NCBI GenBank assembly: GCA_001938485.1
Contig: MQRK01237146.1
Location: forward strand, 14,606-78,605
Length of the DNA: 64,000 nt
Reading direction: 5' to 3'
Source: Girardia tigrina
Taxonomy: Eukaryota
The notes beneath the pieces are model-generated. The model saw nothing but the letters and a program-made list of their open reading frames with translations. It made no database searches and was not told the DNA's origin. This document shows positions 52,820 through 64,000 of the stretch, piece by piece. How positions within the stretch are numbered: position 1 is the stretch's first letter; each line of letters opens with the position of its first letter. The position numbers and the translations under genes are program-made.

Positions 52820-55170
52820 TTTTCGAATTAATATTGTTTTGCATTATGAATACAAAAGTGGTTTTAAAGCATCTGGAACAATGGGGAAAGTACAAAAAAC
52901 TATTATGGAAAGTTCTACAATAGATTAAGTCGTACCTTTTTAGTTTTTTTGCAAAATTTAATCTGGAATTCCTAAAATCTTAAACTTTGAAGGAAAATCA
53001 TGCAAAGAGTTATTGGTATTTGAAGATGAAGACAATCGTAAGTGTTAAGATTAAAATCCATGAGTGACATGTACAGGAATCGGGGAAATGTTCAAATCAG
53101 ATGAATCGAAAGCCAAAACGCGTTTTCTTGTTACTGGTTTTAGTATAAATATTTTAAAATGAAAAAGTACAAAAAAAGACTTTCTGAGAGAAAGACTATG
53201 GGAACGATTTGGTGGAATTCAAGGAAGTCGTTCATGGGAATTATCGTCCTCTAGAAGAAAATTTTCTGTTGACGAGTATTGTCCTACAATTCATATAGTT
53301 CAATAAAAGGTGCTGGAAAGTCGAGCTTTAATGGCAAACATAAATTGAATTCTTGTACTCCACTATCACGCATGACCATATATCAGAAATAAGACCAACG
53401 ACAAGTTAATGGTAGTTGGCTGAGAGATTTAGTCACATCTGCGTGTAGACCAGATATTACTCCAATAGATTACCATTGTTTTCAATAGTTCTCAAATTTC
53501 CAGACTCACTAACATTTATTAGGTGTATAACTTAGTTTTTTGGATTTTCTAAGAGATGATGTAACCTTTGTAATAAGCATTATTTTACAGTCGTACGTAC
53601 AGATTTTTAAAGTGCTGAAATCGAGGCATTAAAATGAAGTAGGTCATTGACCTTAAATGCGTCATAAACATATTTTTAATCACGTTTTAGCATGACAACT
53701 TTCATACCAACAAAACAGCACTTGCGGGAAGCACTACTGTTTTGCTTTAATCAAAAGAAAAAAGCTGCAGACAGTTTTCGGCTTCTTGAAGAAACTTATA
53801 GTCAACATGTACCAACTCCACAGACTTGCGAGAAGTGGTATAAACGTTTCAAAAGTGGAGAATTTGATGTAAGTGACAAAGAGCGTTCCGGTCAACCAAA
53901 AAGATTCGAAGATGAAGATTTGGAATCATTACTGAAGGAAGATTCTACTCAAACAGAGAAAGAGCTTGCAAAACAGTTAAANNNNNNNNNNNNNNNNNNN
54001 NNNNNNNNNNNNNNNNNNNNNNNNNNNNNNNAGATTCGAAGATGAAGATTTGGAATCATTACTGAAGGAAGATTCTACTCAAACAGAGAAAGAGCTTGCA
54101 AAACAGTTAAATGTTACTCAAGCAGCCATAAGTAAACGTCCACATGCTATAAAAATGATTCAAAAAGAAGGAAAATGGATGCCACATGAATTGAATCAAG
54201 CCAACATTGAAAGTCGATTACTGATATTCAATTCATTGCTTACAAGACAACGAAGATGGTCGTTTTTGCANNNNNNNNNNNNNNNNNNNNNNNNNNNNNN
54301 NNNNNNNNNNNNNNNNNNNNGTGACTGGAGATGAAAAATGGATTTATTATGTTAACTCTAAACGCAAGAAATCGTGGGTTCATCCTGGCGAACCGTCCAC
54401 GTCAACAGCAAAAAGAAACATTCATGGAAGCAAGGTTATTTTGTGCATTTGGTGGGATCAGAAAGGTGTACTGTACTATTAGCTGCTGAATTCGAATGAA
54501 ACTGTTAATGCAGAACGTTACCAACAACAGTAAATAAAATTGAACGATGCATTGAAGGAAAAACGTCCTATTCCAGCCAACAAACAGCGCACATTGATTT
54601 TGCCCCATGACAATGCTCGGCCACATGTCTCAAAACAAGTAAAAAACACGTTGGAAGCACTTAGATGGGAAATTATACCGCATGCTGCCTATTCACCAGG
54701 TTGCGCCCCATCAGATTATCATCTGTTCCGATCAATGCAAAGCGCTCTTCGGGACCAGCACTTCAGAAACCAGGAACATATAAAAAAAGGCTGGAACAAT
54801 GGATCGCATCAAAAGACCAAAACTTTTTTTTGTCTGAAAGATGGTCGAAAGTCATAATTAACGATGGAAAATATTTTGATTAGAATAAAACTTATTATGT
54901 CATATAAATAAACTTGTCTGTTCTGCAAAAAAATCCAAAAAACTAAGTTATACACCTAATAATAAATGATGATGATGTCCAAATAGAATTGAATCAGGTT
55001 TTTTATCTAAAAGCTCCGGCTTCTATTTAATCGACATGATCTCGTTTGTTGATGGCAGAATGTGGTTGATGCGAATGAGGGATATTTTGGAACAAAAAGT
55101 TGTTTGGTAGATTATACAGGCTTTTAGAATTGGTTGAAATCCTTTTTAATTTGTGCTTGACGCTAATAGT
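52820..55170 (+). mobile_element. old mariner interrupted by the younger mariner copy B
   Basis: LHYEYKSG, KTMGTIWWNS, LVLHYHA*PY and PDITPIDYHCF lie before 53517; NDDDVQIEL...WQNVVDANEGYF follows after 54961. Confidence 0.7.
53519..54959 (+). mobile_element. mariner copy B (same family as 1811-3086), inactive
   Basis: Same TIR as copy A; TA TSD at 53517-53518 and 54960-54961; ORF pieces 53692-54883; two N-gaps. Confidence 0.95.
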
Positions 55171-56699
55171 ATTAATACTATTTCCTATCTAATATACCAC
55201 AATTATGTATCCAAAAAATAGTTTAGATCAATTTTTATGAATTTGTTTTTAAGATAAAAAAAAGAAGATTATAAAACAAAATTTAACCAAAAATTGTAAA
55301 TACGTTTAACTTAGTGAATTGAACAGTAAGTGAAAGCATTTCTGTAAACCATTTAAAAATTTGTTCATTTTGTTCTCAAACAAAATTGCTAACTTTAAGA
55401 ATAACAATAAAAAGTCACGTTTGAGTTAATAATTGTTTCATATTTTTTGTTTGATGAGTAACTTACCATCATCAAAATGATTTACACATTCTAGAGGGTA
55501 TTAATTCCTAAATTATGCATTTGGTTTCTAAAATTCCTCGTTATATATTTTGACTAACTGCACAGTCTAAATTAGTAAGGATTTTCCTTTTCTTTCATGC
55601 TACTAAAAAGGTTGTTCAAATCACTAAAAACTTTAAGATTACAATCCAATAGATAAAAAATAGTTTGAGGAAAATTTTCTGATGATGTTTATTGTAATTT
55701 GCATTTGGAATGTTGTTTTTTTACCTATCTAGATGGAAGAGGATTGTTTTGAATGTTTTCGATATTCAGATTATCCGGACACTAAATATTAAAACTGATA
55801 TTATAAAATTGATGTGTCATTATTTTTGTGATAATAATAATTCATAAATTCATAATTCCTAAACTAAAGTAAATTAATTAATTAAATTAAATATACGGTT
55901 TAAGAATATTCTCAACAAAACTCTTCAAAAGAAATTTAAATAATTGTCTACATATGAAATTAAATATGACATAAAGGATTTCCTTAGGAAGACTTTTTCC
56001 GGGATGGCGGGGAAATTTCAAACTTCTGGGTAGACTGTTTTGAAAATATCAATTTATTTAATTATTCAGTTTTGTTCTTATCAAATTCAAAATTATAAAA
56101 AAACACATTAATAAACAACATAACAAAGAAAATATTCAAATTGATTGTTATTAGAATAGGCATGCTCTTTGAAAGGTATTTATCATAGGGTTATTGTTCT
56201 TAAATAAGTTTTTGTACACCACTTATTTTTCCGGCCATGAGAGAGTAAAAATCTTTATGAAAATAATCTTTAATTCTTTGTTATTCATTTATTTGATTAT
56301 TAATTTATTTTTGGAATAGAATTTTCGGAATGTACTTTTCTCAGCTTATTTATCTAATATATTTTTTTAGATTTTTAGCAGCCAATATTGTTCTAGCATC
56401 CAATTATAATTTTCCAATTTCTTAGTGAAATATTTTTTTTCAATTTTTTAAAACATTATTTGTCCAGGGGAGGCCAAGTGCCCTACTTTACCTTCCCCTG
56501 TGGGCACCCATGTATATATCTCGTCCTTTCTCTCATAGCGACCTACTCAAACTTTTTGCACCATATGATTCATGAAGCGTATAACAGATAGCAAAATCTG
56601 TCAGATTTCATAGTGAATTTCCGAAGATTTTTCGAGATTTCAAAAATCGAATGAAAAATCAAGTCAATTCTGGTCAATTGATTTTCGATCAAAGAATGA

Positions 56700-57330
56700 A
56701 TCTTAACTTATGAATTGGGGATGCCAAAATTTTTCCAAATTTTGATGAAGGATTGGTAATTGCCTCTTAGAAAAAGCCATAATTAATTAAAAATTTTATG
56801 TCGCTTTACAATTACGACAAAGGAAAAGTAGTCGCCAACGATTTATTTTCAAAAAAAATAGATCAAATGAAAGACAAATTGTTAGTACACAAGTGGAATA
56901 AAGAGGAACTAAGAATATATTTTCAGTTCATTGTGTGAAGAATGCGGAGACGGAGTTGAGATTACATGCTGAAACAGAAAAAATATTAAAAATCTGATCA
57001 CAAGAATAAAGTTCGTGTTGGAAGACTATGAAATAACCACAGTACATAGAAAAAAGACATTTGTGAACGTAATAAAAAATTAATTTCTAGAACAATATAA
57101 TCAAATATAAAATTTACATTTAACAATAGCCAGTATTAAATTTTCAAGAGACATTATCTGTTATCTGCTTCACGAGAAAGGAAAGATTCATAGATATTGT
57201 TCGAAATTTAAGCAATTATTTTTTTGTTTGCAGAGAAGAAGGGCGAATAAGAAAAGAATATCCGAATATTTCATGTTCCTAGGGCAACAAAGGTGGTCAT
57301 CTTCGATTTCAATGCTTCCAAATCGAATAA
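56700..57330 (+). mobile_element. decayed gag remnant
   Basis: FVCREEGRIRKEYPNISCS*GNKGGHLRFQC is a tandem pair of degenerate CCHC knuckles. Confidence 0.5.
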
Positions 57331-58020
57331 AGAAATGTGAATTTCGGTGAAAGAAAGAATATATTTTTCAATCAAGAACGGTGTTTAATTACGAATGTTG
57401 AGAATTCCCCTGAGCAGAATTAAATGTATTATGAATAAAAATGCAGATAAATCTTTTAAAAGCTAAAAAATATATATAACATTCTTAATAAAATTTCTAT
57501 ATAGAAAATTTGTGCTTAACCTTTTAATTTGAATAAATTATATGAGATATTTAATTTAGTTCGCTGATCAAACTTTAAATGGGTTTAAAAATTATTTTGA
57601 CCTGAAATCAAATTGAAAATTTTAAAAATTAAGTAGAATGATAATTAAATATTTTAACTTTGAATTAAAAATATTCTTTATAAATAATTTGATTTAAAAT
57701 ATTAGTTTAGTAAAAAAGTAAATGAATTAAGAACAGATAACGGATAAAACAGTATTTTAAAAAATAATAATTTTATTTGAATTTTATTAAAAATTTTATT
57801 AATATCTGTAAAAATTATTTTTCAAATTTTAAAATTAATTAAAGATATGATAAAAAATTAAATATTTAAAACATAAAAAATTGAGTTAAAATGACTTCTG
57901 ATATTGACGTTACAAATACTTTTCATCGAATCGCAAAATACATTATCTATTATGACAAATGTTAAACCAATTCTAAGATGTAAATCACAGATAAAATAAT
58001 ATTATTTGCCTCTTTATAAT

Positions 58021-58071
<51 letters not shown>

Positions 58072-58279
58072 CGTTTGAATGCTAAAAATAATTTTTGATC
58101 CTAAAACTAACCAAAAAATATTTCAAAAAAAATTGAATTTTCACTAATTATTATTTATATTCTGAGTTAAGATTTCTTCTGGCCATGAACCTTACCATTG
58201 TTTAACACATCCTTTCTATTTAATATGTACACAGATTCAAACAAATAATATAATTTTTTCAATGGATTTAATTATATTT

Positions 58280-60290
58280 CATTCAAATGTACTTACGTAT
58301 ACTGAGAACATCATCCTTAAATTTGCCCGAAGGATCGTGTTTCCTCGTTTGCCAATGTCTCCTTGGACATTCGATTACGGTAACGAGTAGTACAAATAAG
58401 CACACTTTTATCAGCATTTGATAGCGATTGTGACCAAATGTGGTTGAAGGTGATGGCGTAAGTGATATCGATTGACGATTGCTGGCCAAGATGCCACCAC
58501 TGAGTCACCGAAATTCAAATTTTAAAATGAAAACTGTTCATTTGTAGGCCTGCGTGGTGTGACAAATCTGCTCACATACGCACACGTACATTCATTGTTA
58601 CGGTATCCGTACTTAATTTTTTCAAACACACATCACTTTTATGTAATAATTAAATAAAAAATATTTTTTAAAGTTTATTAGAAATTAAATTAATTAAAAA
58701 CTAAATTATTTTATAATATGATAATCGTAAAGTATCATAATGACCAGTTATCATTATTAAACGAATATAATTAATTTTTTTCATTTAATTAAAAATTGTG
58801 ACGTAAAAATGACGTAAAAAAGTATAATGTAGGCTGAACTTGTTGAGGTTTATGAATTTGTACTAATGTTTATAAAAATCTTTATTAATAATAATAATAA
58901 AAATAATAAGTGGTGTACCAATAAGTGTGACTAATAGAAAGAACTTTGTGAACACAAATACTTTTTATGTTTACTGTTATGAGCATCAATGTGTTTTTCG
59001 ACATTTTATTAATACCACTAATTGAATTGTTCTCAGGATGATTTTTGAAAAAAAACGAATTAAGCACCGTTTATTATTATTAACAACATCACCAGTTTCT
59101 TGACTGGTAAAATGATTCGAAACAGCTTTGAATGCAGTCACAATAACTTGAACCTCTGGCACTAGCGAGGCGAGACTTTCTTAGCACATTTAATTACGGA
59201 AGATAATATCCCATTCAGTATGTATTTTCCGGAAACAAAGCGAGAGTCAGCAGAGTGGAAACTACCCGAAGAGAAGAAATCTTTGAAAATGTGAACAAGG
59301 ACAAGTCATGGACGAGCTAAGATGTTTTACTTTTTCTGCAATCATAAAGGTGTTATTTTCAAAGATTTCAAGGATAATTATATAATATTAACAACATCAA
59401 TATGAGGTTTACAACATTTATTAATATCACAAGCGCATTCACTATTTGACATCTCTCTTGATCAATATATTTCTGAGTTCAAACTAATTATTTTCACTAA
59501 ATGAAAATCTGTTAATAAAAATTATTAATTATAAAGAATCTAATTGGTTGAAATTAAATCTAAACATTTTTAAATAAAGAACATATTAAATTAATATATT
59601 AAAATTTTAAATTACATTAAAAAATAAATAATACATTCAATAATTATTTAAAATCTTTTTACTTTAAAATTAAATTAAATTATTTTTAATTAGTAGGAAT
59701 CAAAGAAAATATCAATCATCCATCTGTGTAGGAGAGGCACAATCCGAATCAACATACAACATGCACAATATCAACACACAATTCAAAATATTCCTCACAA
59801 GGGCATCATCATAAATGGTGCCTATTACAACCATCTCGTGGCAACCGCCATAAAGAATAGAATGAAGCAGAGAAACACACCACTATGGTTTCTCCATAGC
59901 AATGCCCCAGTGCAGATATCGGGAATTTTTCCGGCCACAATTGAAGATACTAGACTATTGATTGCGGATCATCCGCAGTACAGTTCAGATTTGACATCGA
60001 GAATTTGTCACCTCTTCAGACATATAAAGAACCATTTGAGATGCATCCAATTTTGATCTAAAGACGATTTGAAGGTTACCGGGAAAGTTTACTTCGCCAC
60101 ATGCCCAAGGAATATTTCAGAAAGGCGTTTTCTAAATTGATTATTCCTTGAGGGAAGGGTGGGGAGCGAAATGGAAATTATGTTGAAAAATGATGCACAC
60201 ATACGTTAAGCTTGTTGTATTATAAAAATGGTCCTTTTTGAAAGTCGTTTTTTTTCTTCAGATTTGGTACTTATGCAACGCAACACGTAC
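58280..60290. mobile_element. rearranged mariner: 5' part on the minus strand (58280-58590), catalytic part on the plus strand (59150-59370 and 59800-60290)
   Basis: FLAHLITED...YFPETKRESAEWK; WFLHSNAPVQ; HPQYSSDL...HLFRHIK. Both TIR-like ends read ...CACGTA on the plus strand (~58588 and ~60288). Confidence 0.6.
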
Positions 60291-60826
60291 ATGTGAGTAA
60301 AATTTGTCCCTTTATTCCAATCATCAAAAACATTTTAAAATTCAAACTATAATCTTGATAAGAGAGGTACTGTTCTAACGAATTTTTCGTAACGTATTCT
60401 GTAAACAAACATTTTTCTATTTTATGGTCTTTAGTAATCTAATTTTTCAGTTACAATTTTTCTAACAAATTACGAAGAGATTCACATTTATTGAACGTAG
60501 AACATTTTAAGTTGTTTTTATTATTATTAATCACTTTTAAGTCTGCCTGACAGACTATTTCTTTTTTAAGACAGTTAAAAACACGACATAAATATAGTAT
60601 ATTTGATAAATCTTATTTTAATAAGAAATTAATATCTGTTTTAGTTAAGAAAATAAAATTTAACTTGTTATGATACTGCAGATGAGGTCAAACTATGACA
60701 CTGAAATAAGGTTCTTGAACTGTGTCGTCTTAAAACTTGAAAGATTCTCCAATATTATCGTTTTGATTAGATAAGTTGTTAAAAAATGTACATTAGCCCA
60801 AATCGAGCTTGATTGCTGAAAGATAA

Positions 60827-60997
60827 GACAAATCAAGTCTCCCGAACAATATTTTCACTTGGGTAGTCGCGGGTTCGATAGTGACTGGTATTGTCATTGG
60901 TTGTTTGATCGCCGGGTCGATCATTCTATGTCTATGTGCGGATTATTGGGTGCCGCGTTCAAAAATAAAAAAAAATAAAAACCGTCCATTGTTTTGA
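60827..60997 (+). pseudogene. C-terminal fragment of a type-I membrane protein (TM helix plus basic tail)
   Basis: NNIFTWVVAGSIVTGIVIGCLIAGSIILCLCADYWVPRSKIKKNKNRPLF*; stop codon immediately upstream. Confidence 0.4.
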
Positions 60998-63025
60998 TCA
61001 GAGTACATCGATTAAATTTGATCGATAAGAGCAAATTCTAAAGAATTTCCAACGAAAATAATTTATTAAAACAAAAACATTGTGTTTCTCTATCAAACAA
61101 ATCTTTCATTTAAAAAGGGAATGTTTATACAGATCAGAAATTCTAACAGAGAAAAAAATATATACAATACCAATTTTGGAATTTAAATAATTTGTTATTA
61201 TTGTTACGTTTATATTACATTTGTCGTTTGTGAAATTTATTTTGTTGGGTATTTTGGAAATTTTCTCCTTATTTATGTGAGTGGAAATGTGGTGGTCCAC
61301 AACAACCCATTTGGTACTATTACCTAGATCTAAAAGGTAATATCTTACAATACTATTTTATGTTAAAGTAATATAATAAATACCATTTGACTGACTAGAC
61401 TGAAAGATTTCATCACCTGAAATGTATAAAAAATTGGAAAATAAAAACACAAAGTCGTTATTTGACGATAGTGGTATCTAATGTGTTAGACAGCTGAATG
61501 ACAACATTAGAATTTTAAAAGACTAGTTTCAGTAAAATTGTGTGATACAACCTGCGGAAATTCAACGAACATACAATTCACAAGGATTGAAGCATTGTAT
61601 TTTAAATTTTTGTAAGAAGTAGTTCCGGGTTACAGTAGGAGAAGGTTTGCTTGATATTTATTATGCGTTTTAAGATCCGTTGAATATGTTGTAATATAGC
61701 TGTAATATTTAGACCGATAATTTAAAATGATTACTTAATAAACAATAAATCACGAACCCTTCTTAATACGATTTATATTAAACTGAGTAAAATTAGGGTT
61801 CTTTTAATTTTGTTCAACTTATTGTAAATTACTCTTAAAATATCAGATATTATGTTTTTCAAGTTGTGCTTTTGAATTATTCAAATAAATTTTAATTGAT
61901 TTAAAATTTAAAGAGGTATGATGTATAAATATTGATAAAATGAATAAAATGGATAAATTTTGAGAAATAGAGATGATAATTTTATTTTTTGAAAAAGGAT
62001 ATTTTTTAATGTTTTGAAAGGTGATAATTTTTGACAAAAAATGTAATTATATGCATTTAAATTTGAAGAACGAGATATTCATCGCGAAAAGAAAAATATA
62101 TCAATGAAGTAGAAGAAGAGGTTTATTGAAAAAATTGATTTTTGTTCAGATTTTCGGAGTCGAAAAATTCTGTACAAATCATAATATTATAAAGTAAAAA
62201 GAAATAATGAATGAAACTTTCGTGTTCATGAGAATATCCGGATCCATAGAGAGACAATCCACTTTCCGATTTATTTTAAATACTGTAGGACCGAAATTTA
62301 AAAAAGATTGCAAAATTAAGAACTATGATACAGTTACGAAATCAGATCACCTCGTCTAATTTGAGATTGGAATCAAGGTAGTGGATAGATCTCAGTTCAG
62401 GTTGATCAAAGGAACATTAAGTGTTCGGGATTCGAACATTTTAATTATTAAATTTTTGTTTTTTATATTAATTATTATGATTATTATATTCATTTCAAAT
62501 TGGAGAAAGTCAAATCAAATTGAAATGGAAAATTAATTCATTATTTTTTGTCATTTTGAAATTATTCGATGGAAATTGAACAATTTGAATTGTAATTTTG
62601 ATTTTTTAGTTATTGAGAATTGATAGTTTGAAATGACCTTGAGTTTTGTTTAGCGGAATAAATTGATGAACTTGTAAAAACGATAGAGATTTTGATGAAA
62701 ATAAATTCGATACGTGACTTAATATCGTTTTGAATTGATTAAAGAGTGAATTTCTTTTCTGGATGCTGAATTATGCTAATCGTGATGTTAAAAAAAGACC
62801 GCAAATATTAAAATTACAAAAACATTAAATGATACGATTTTTGATGCGCCGATTCTTCTCGTCGATTTTATCAAACTCGAATCGATTTTAGATTGAAATT
62901 TAAATAGAAATAATCAAATAAACGGCGCAGTATTTCTGTGTGATCGGCGAATAGAGAATTGTTCCAATAAGATTTGTTTTTACAAAGCGAAATGTGAATC
63001 AATCAATTCGAAAATCGATACTGAA

Positions 63026-63700
63026 ATGGTTAAAGTATTCTGTGAAAGATTCGAAAGATTTAATGACAAATCGAATTCGATAAGCGTTAATTTTCAAACG
63101 CTTCATCCATTCAAACCGTCATCGACTAAATGCATGAAAAACATCCGATATAATGCAATCGATTGTCGGGCCGGATTACTGGCGTCGATCGCTGGCAACG
63201 ATGTGGATTTCTTCAGTGTCTCTTCGTGCGAGAGAGCGAGTATTGAATCGGTCGACTTGAGGGACGGGCTCGTGAGTATCGATCCACTTTTCTCTATTAA
63301 ATTCCGGTTGATGTCGCCTGGATCGAGTTCAGTTGCAGTGGATCGATTCTGCTGGTCGCCTTGTTGACCGATGATGGTCGATTGGTGACTGTCAGGTTGT
63401 TCCGTGTCGAGAGATCACTGATTGAGAGTGGAGAATCAAATTTTTGTGAATATACACTGAATACCGAGAGTCAGTTGGTCGATTTGCGGTGGCATCCAAA
63501 TGAGAAAGAGTCGTTTTTGATGGTTTTGAACGATACGGTCTCACTGTGTTGTGTGAAAGAAAACAAAATCGATATTATAAATCAGAAATCGAATGCGTTT
63601 TGTGTATCCTGGAGTCCGAAGGGATTTGTCATTAATCAATACGACAATTTGATGAATGAAAAGCGGTCGAGTGCAATCAAAGACATTATTGACTCTCTCA
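63026..63700 (+). pseudogene. NUP214: nucleoporin Nup214/Nup159 N-terminal beta-propeller fragment, frameshifted and internally deleted
   Basis: LVDLRWHP...FCVSWSPKG|FVINQYDNLMNEKR versus NUP214 VIDMKWNP...SVCWSPKGKQLAVG..GTVVQY..LQEKK. The KQLxVG block is missing and there is a frameshift near 63360. Confidence 0.75.
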
Positions 63701-64000
63701 GAGCATCTCTATGGGCCAAGATGCTGCCTTCTTCCCGAAAATTCGGAAAGATTAAGTATTTATTATCTGATCCACTCTCCTGGACCGCATCTCACACCAA
63801 CCAGTTACCAGTCTACTTGCTACCGATCGTCCAGTGCAATGAATATATCAAACGCACTCAATATCTGAAATGAATAAAAACCTAATTGGTGTTATCGTCG
63901 ATGCTATTATATTTTAAAACAGAACTCGAATAAAATCTATACGGAACCCATTTACCATTGAGAAATAGTAAGATCAATTTTTTGATGTTACATTTAACTT

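Noticed and set aside
53901-54110. Apparent tandem duplication inside mariner copy B; a similar one at 47825-47953
   Set aside because: Identical sequence on either side of a ~50-N gap is most likely unmerged contig overlap.

Overview
This is not prokaryotic DNA. It is a very AT-rich eukaryotic (probably invertebrate) draft-assembly window with seven N-gaps, and I find no intact host gene, rRNA, tRNA or CRISPR array. It is a graveyard of decayed, heavily nested transposable elements: many Tc1/mariner copies, MULE elements with 9-10 bp TSDs, two hAT elements, a Zator end, gypsy LTR remnants, RTE-like LINEs with C2H2-finger tails, and Penelope-like elements. The Penelope-like inverted repeats carry minimal hammerhead ribozymes. 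Scattered among the TEs are short CpG/TCGA-rich islands that translate as broken, apparently intronless pieces of housekeeping genes: WDTC1, PRUNE, NUP214, a probable DEAD-box helicase and a type-I membrane protein tail. One of these is inserted inside a MULE transposase ORF. The most interesting leads are (i) this recurrent dispersal of host-gene fragments, (ii) the paired hammerheads in inverted Penelope repeats, and (iii) two divergent RTE-like families sharing a zinc-finger tail and a conserved 3' RNA motif. All family assignments come from motif recognition by eye, not database searches.
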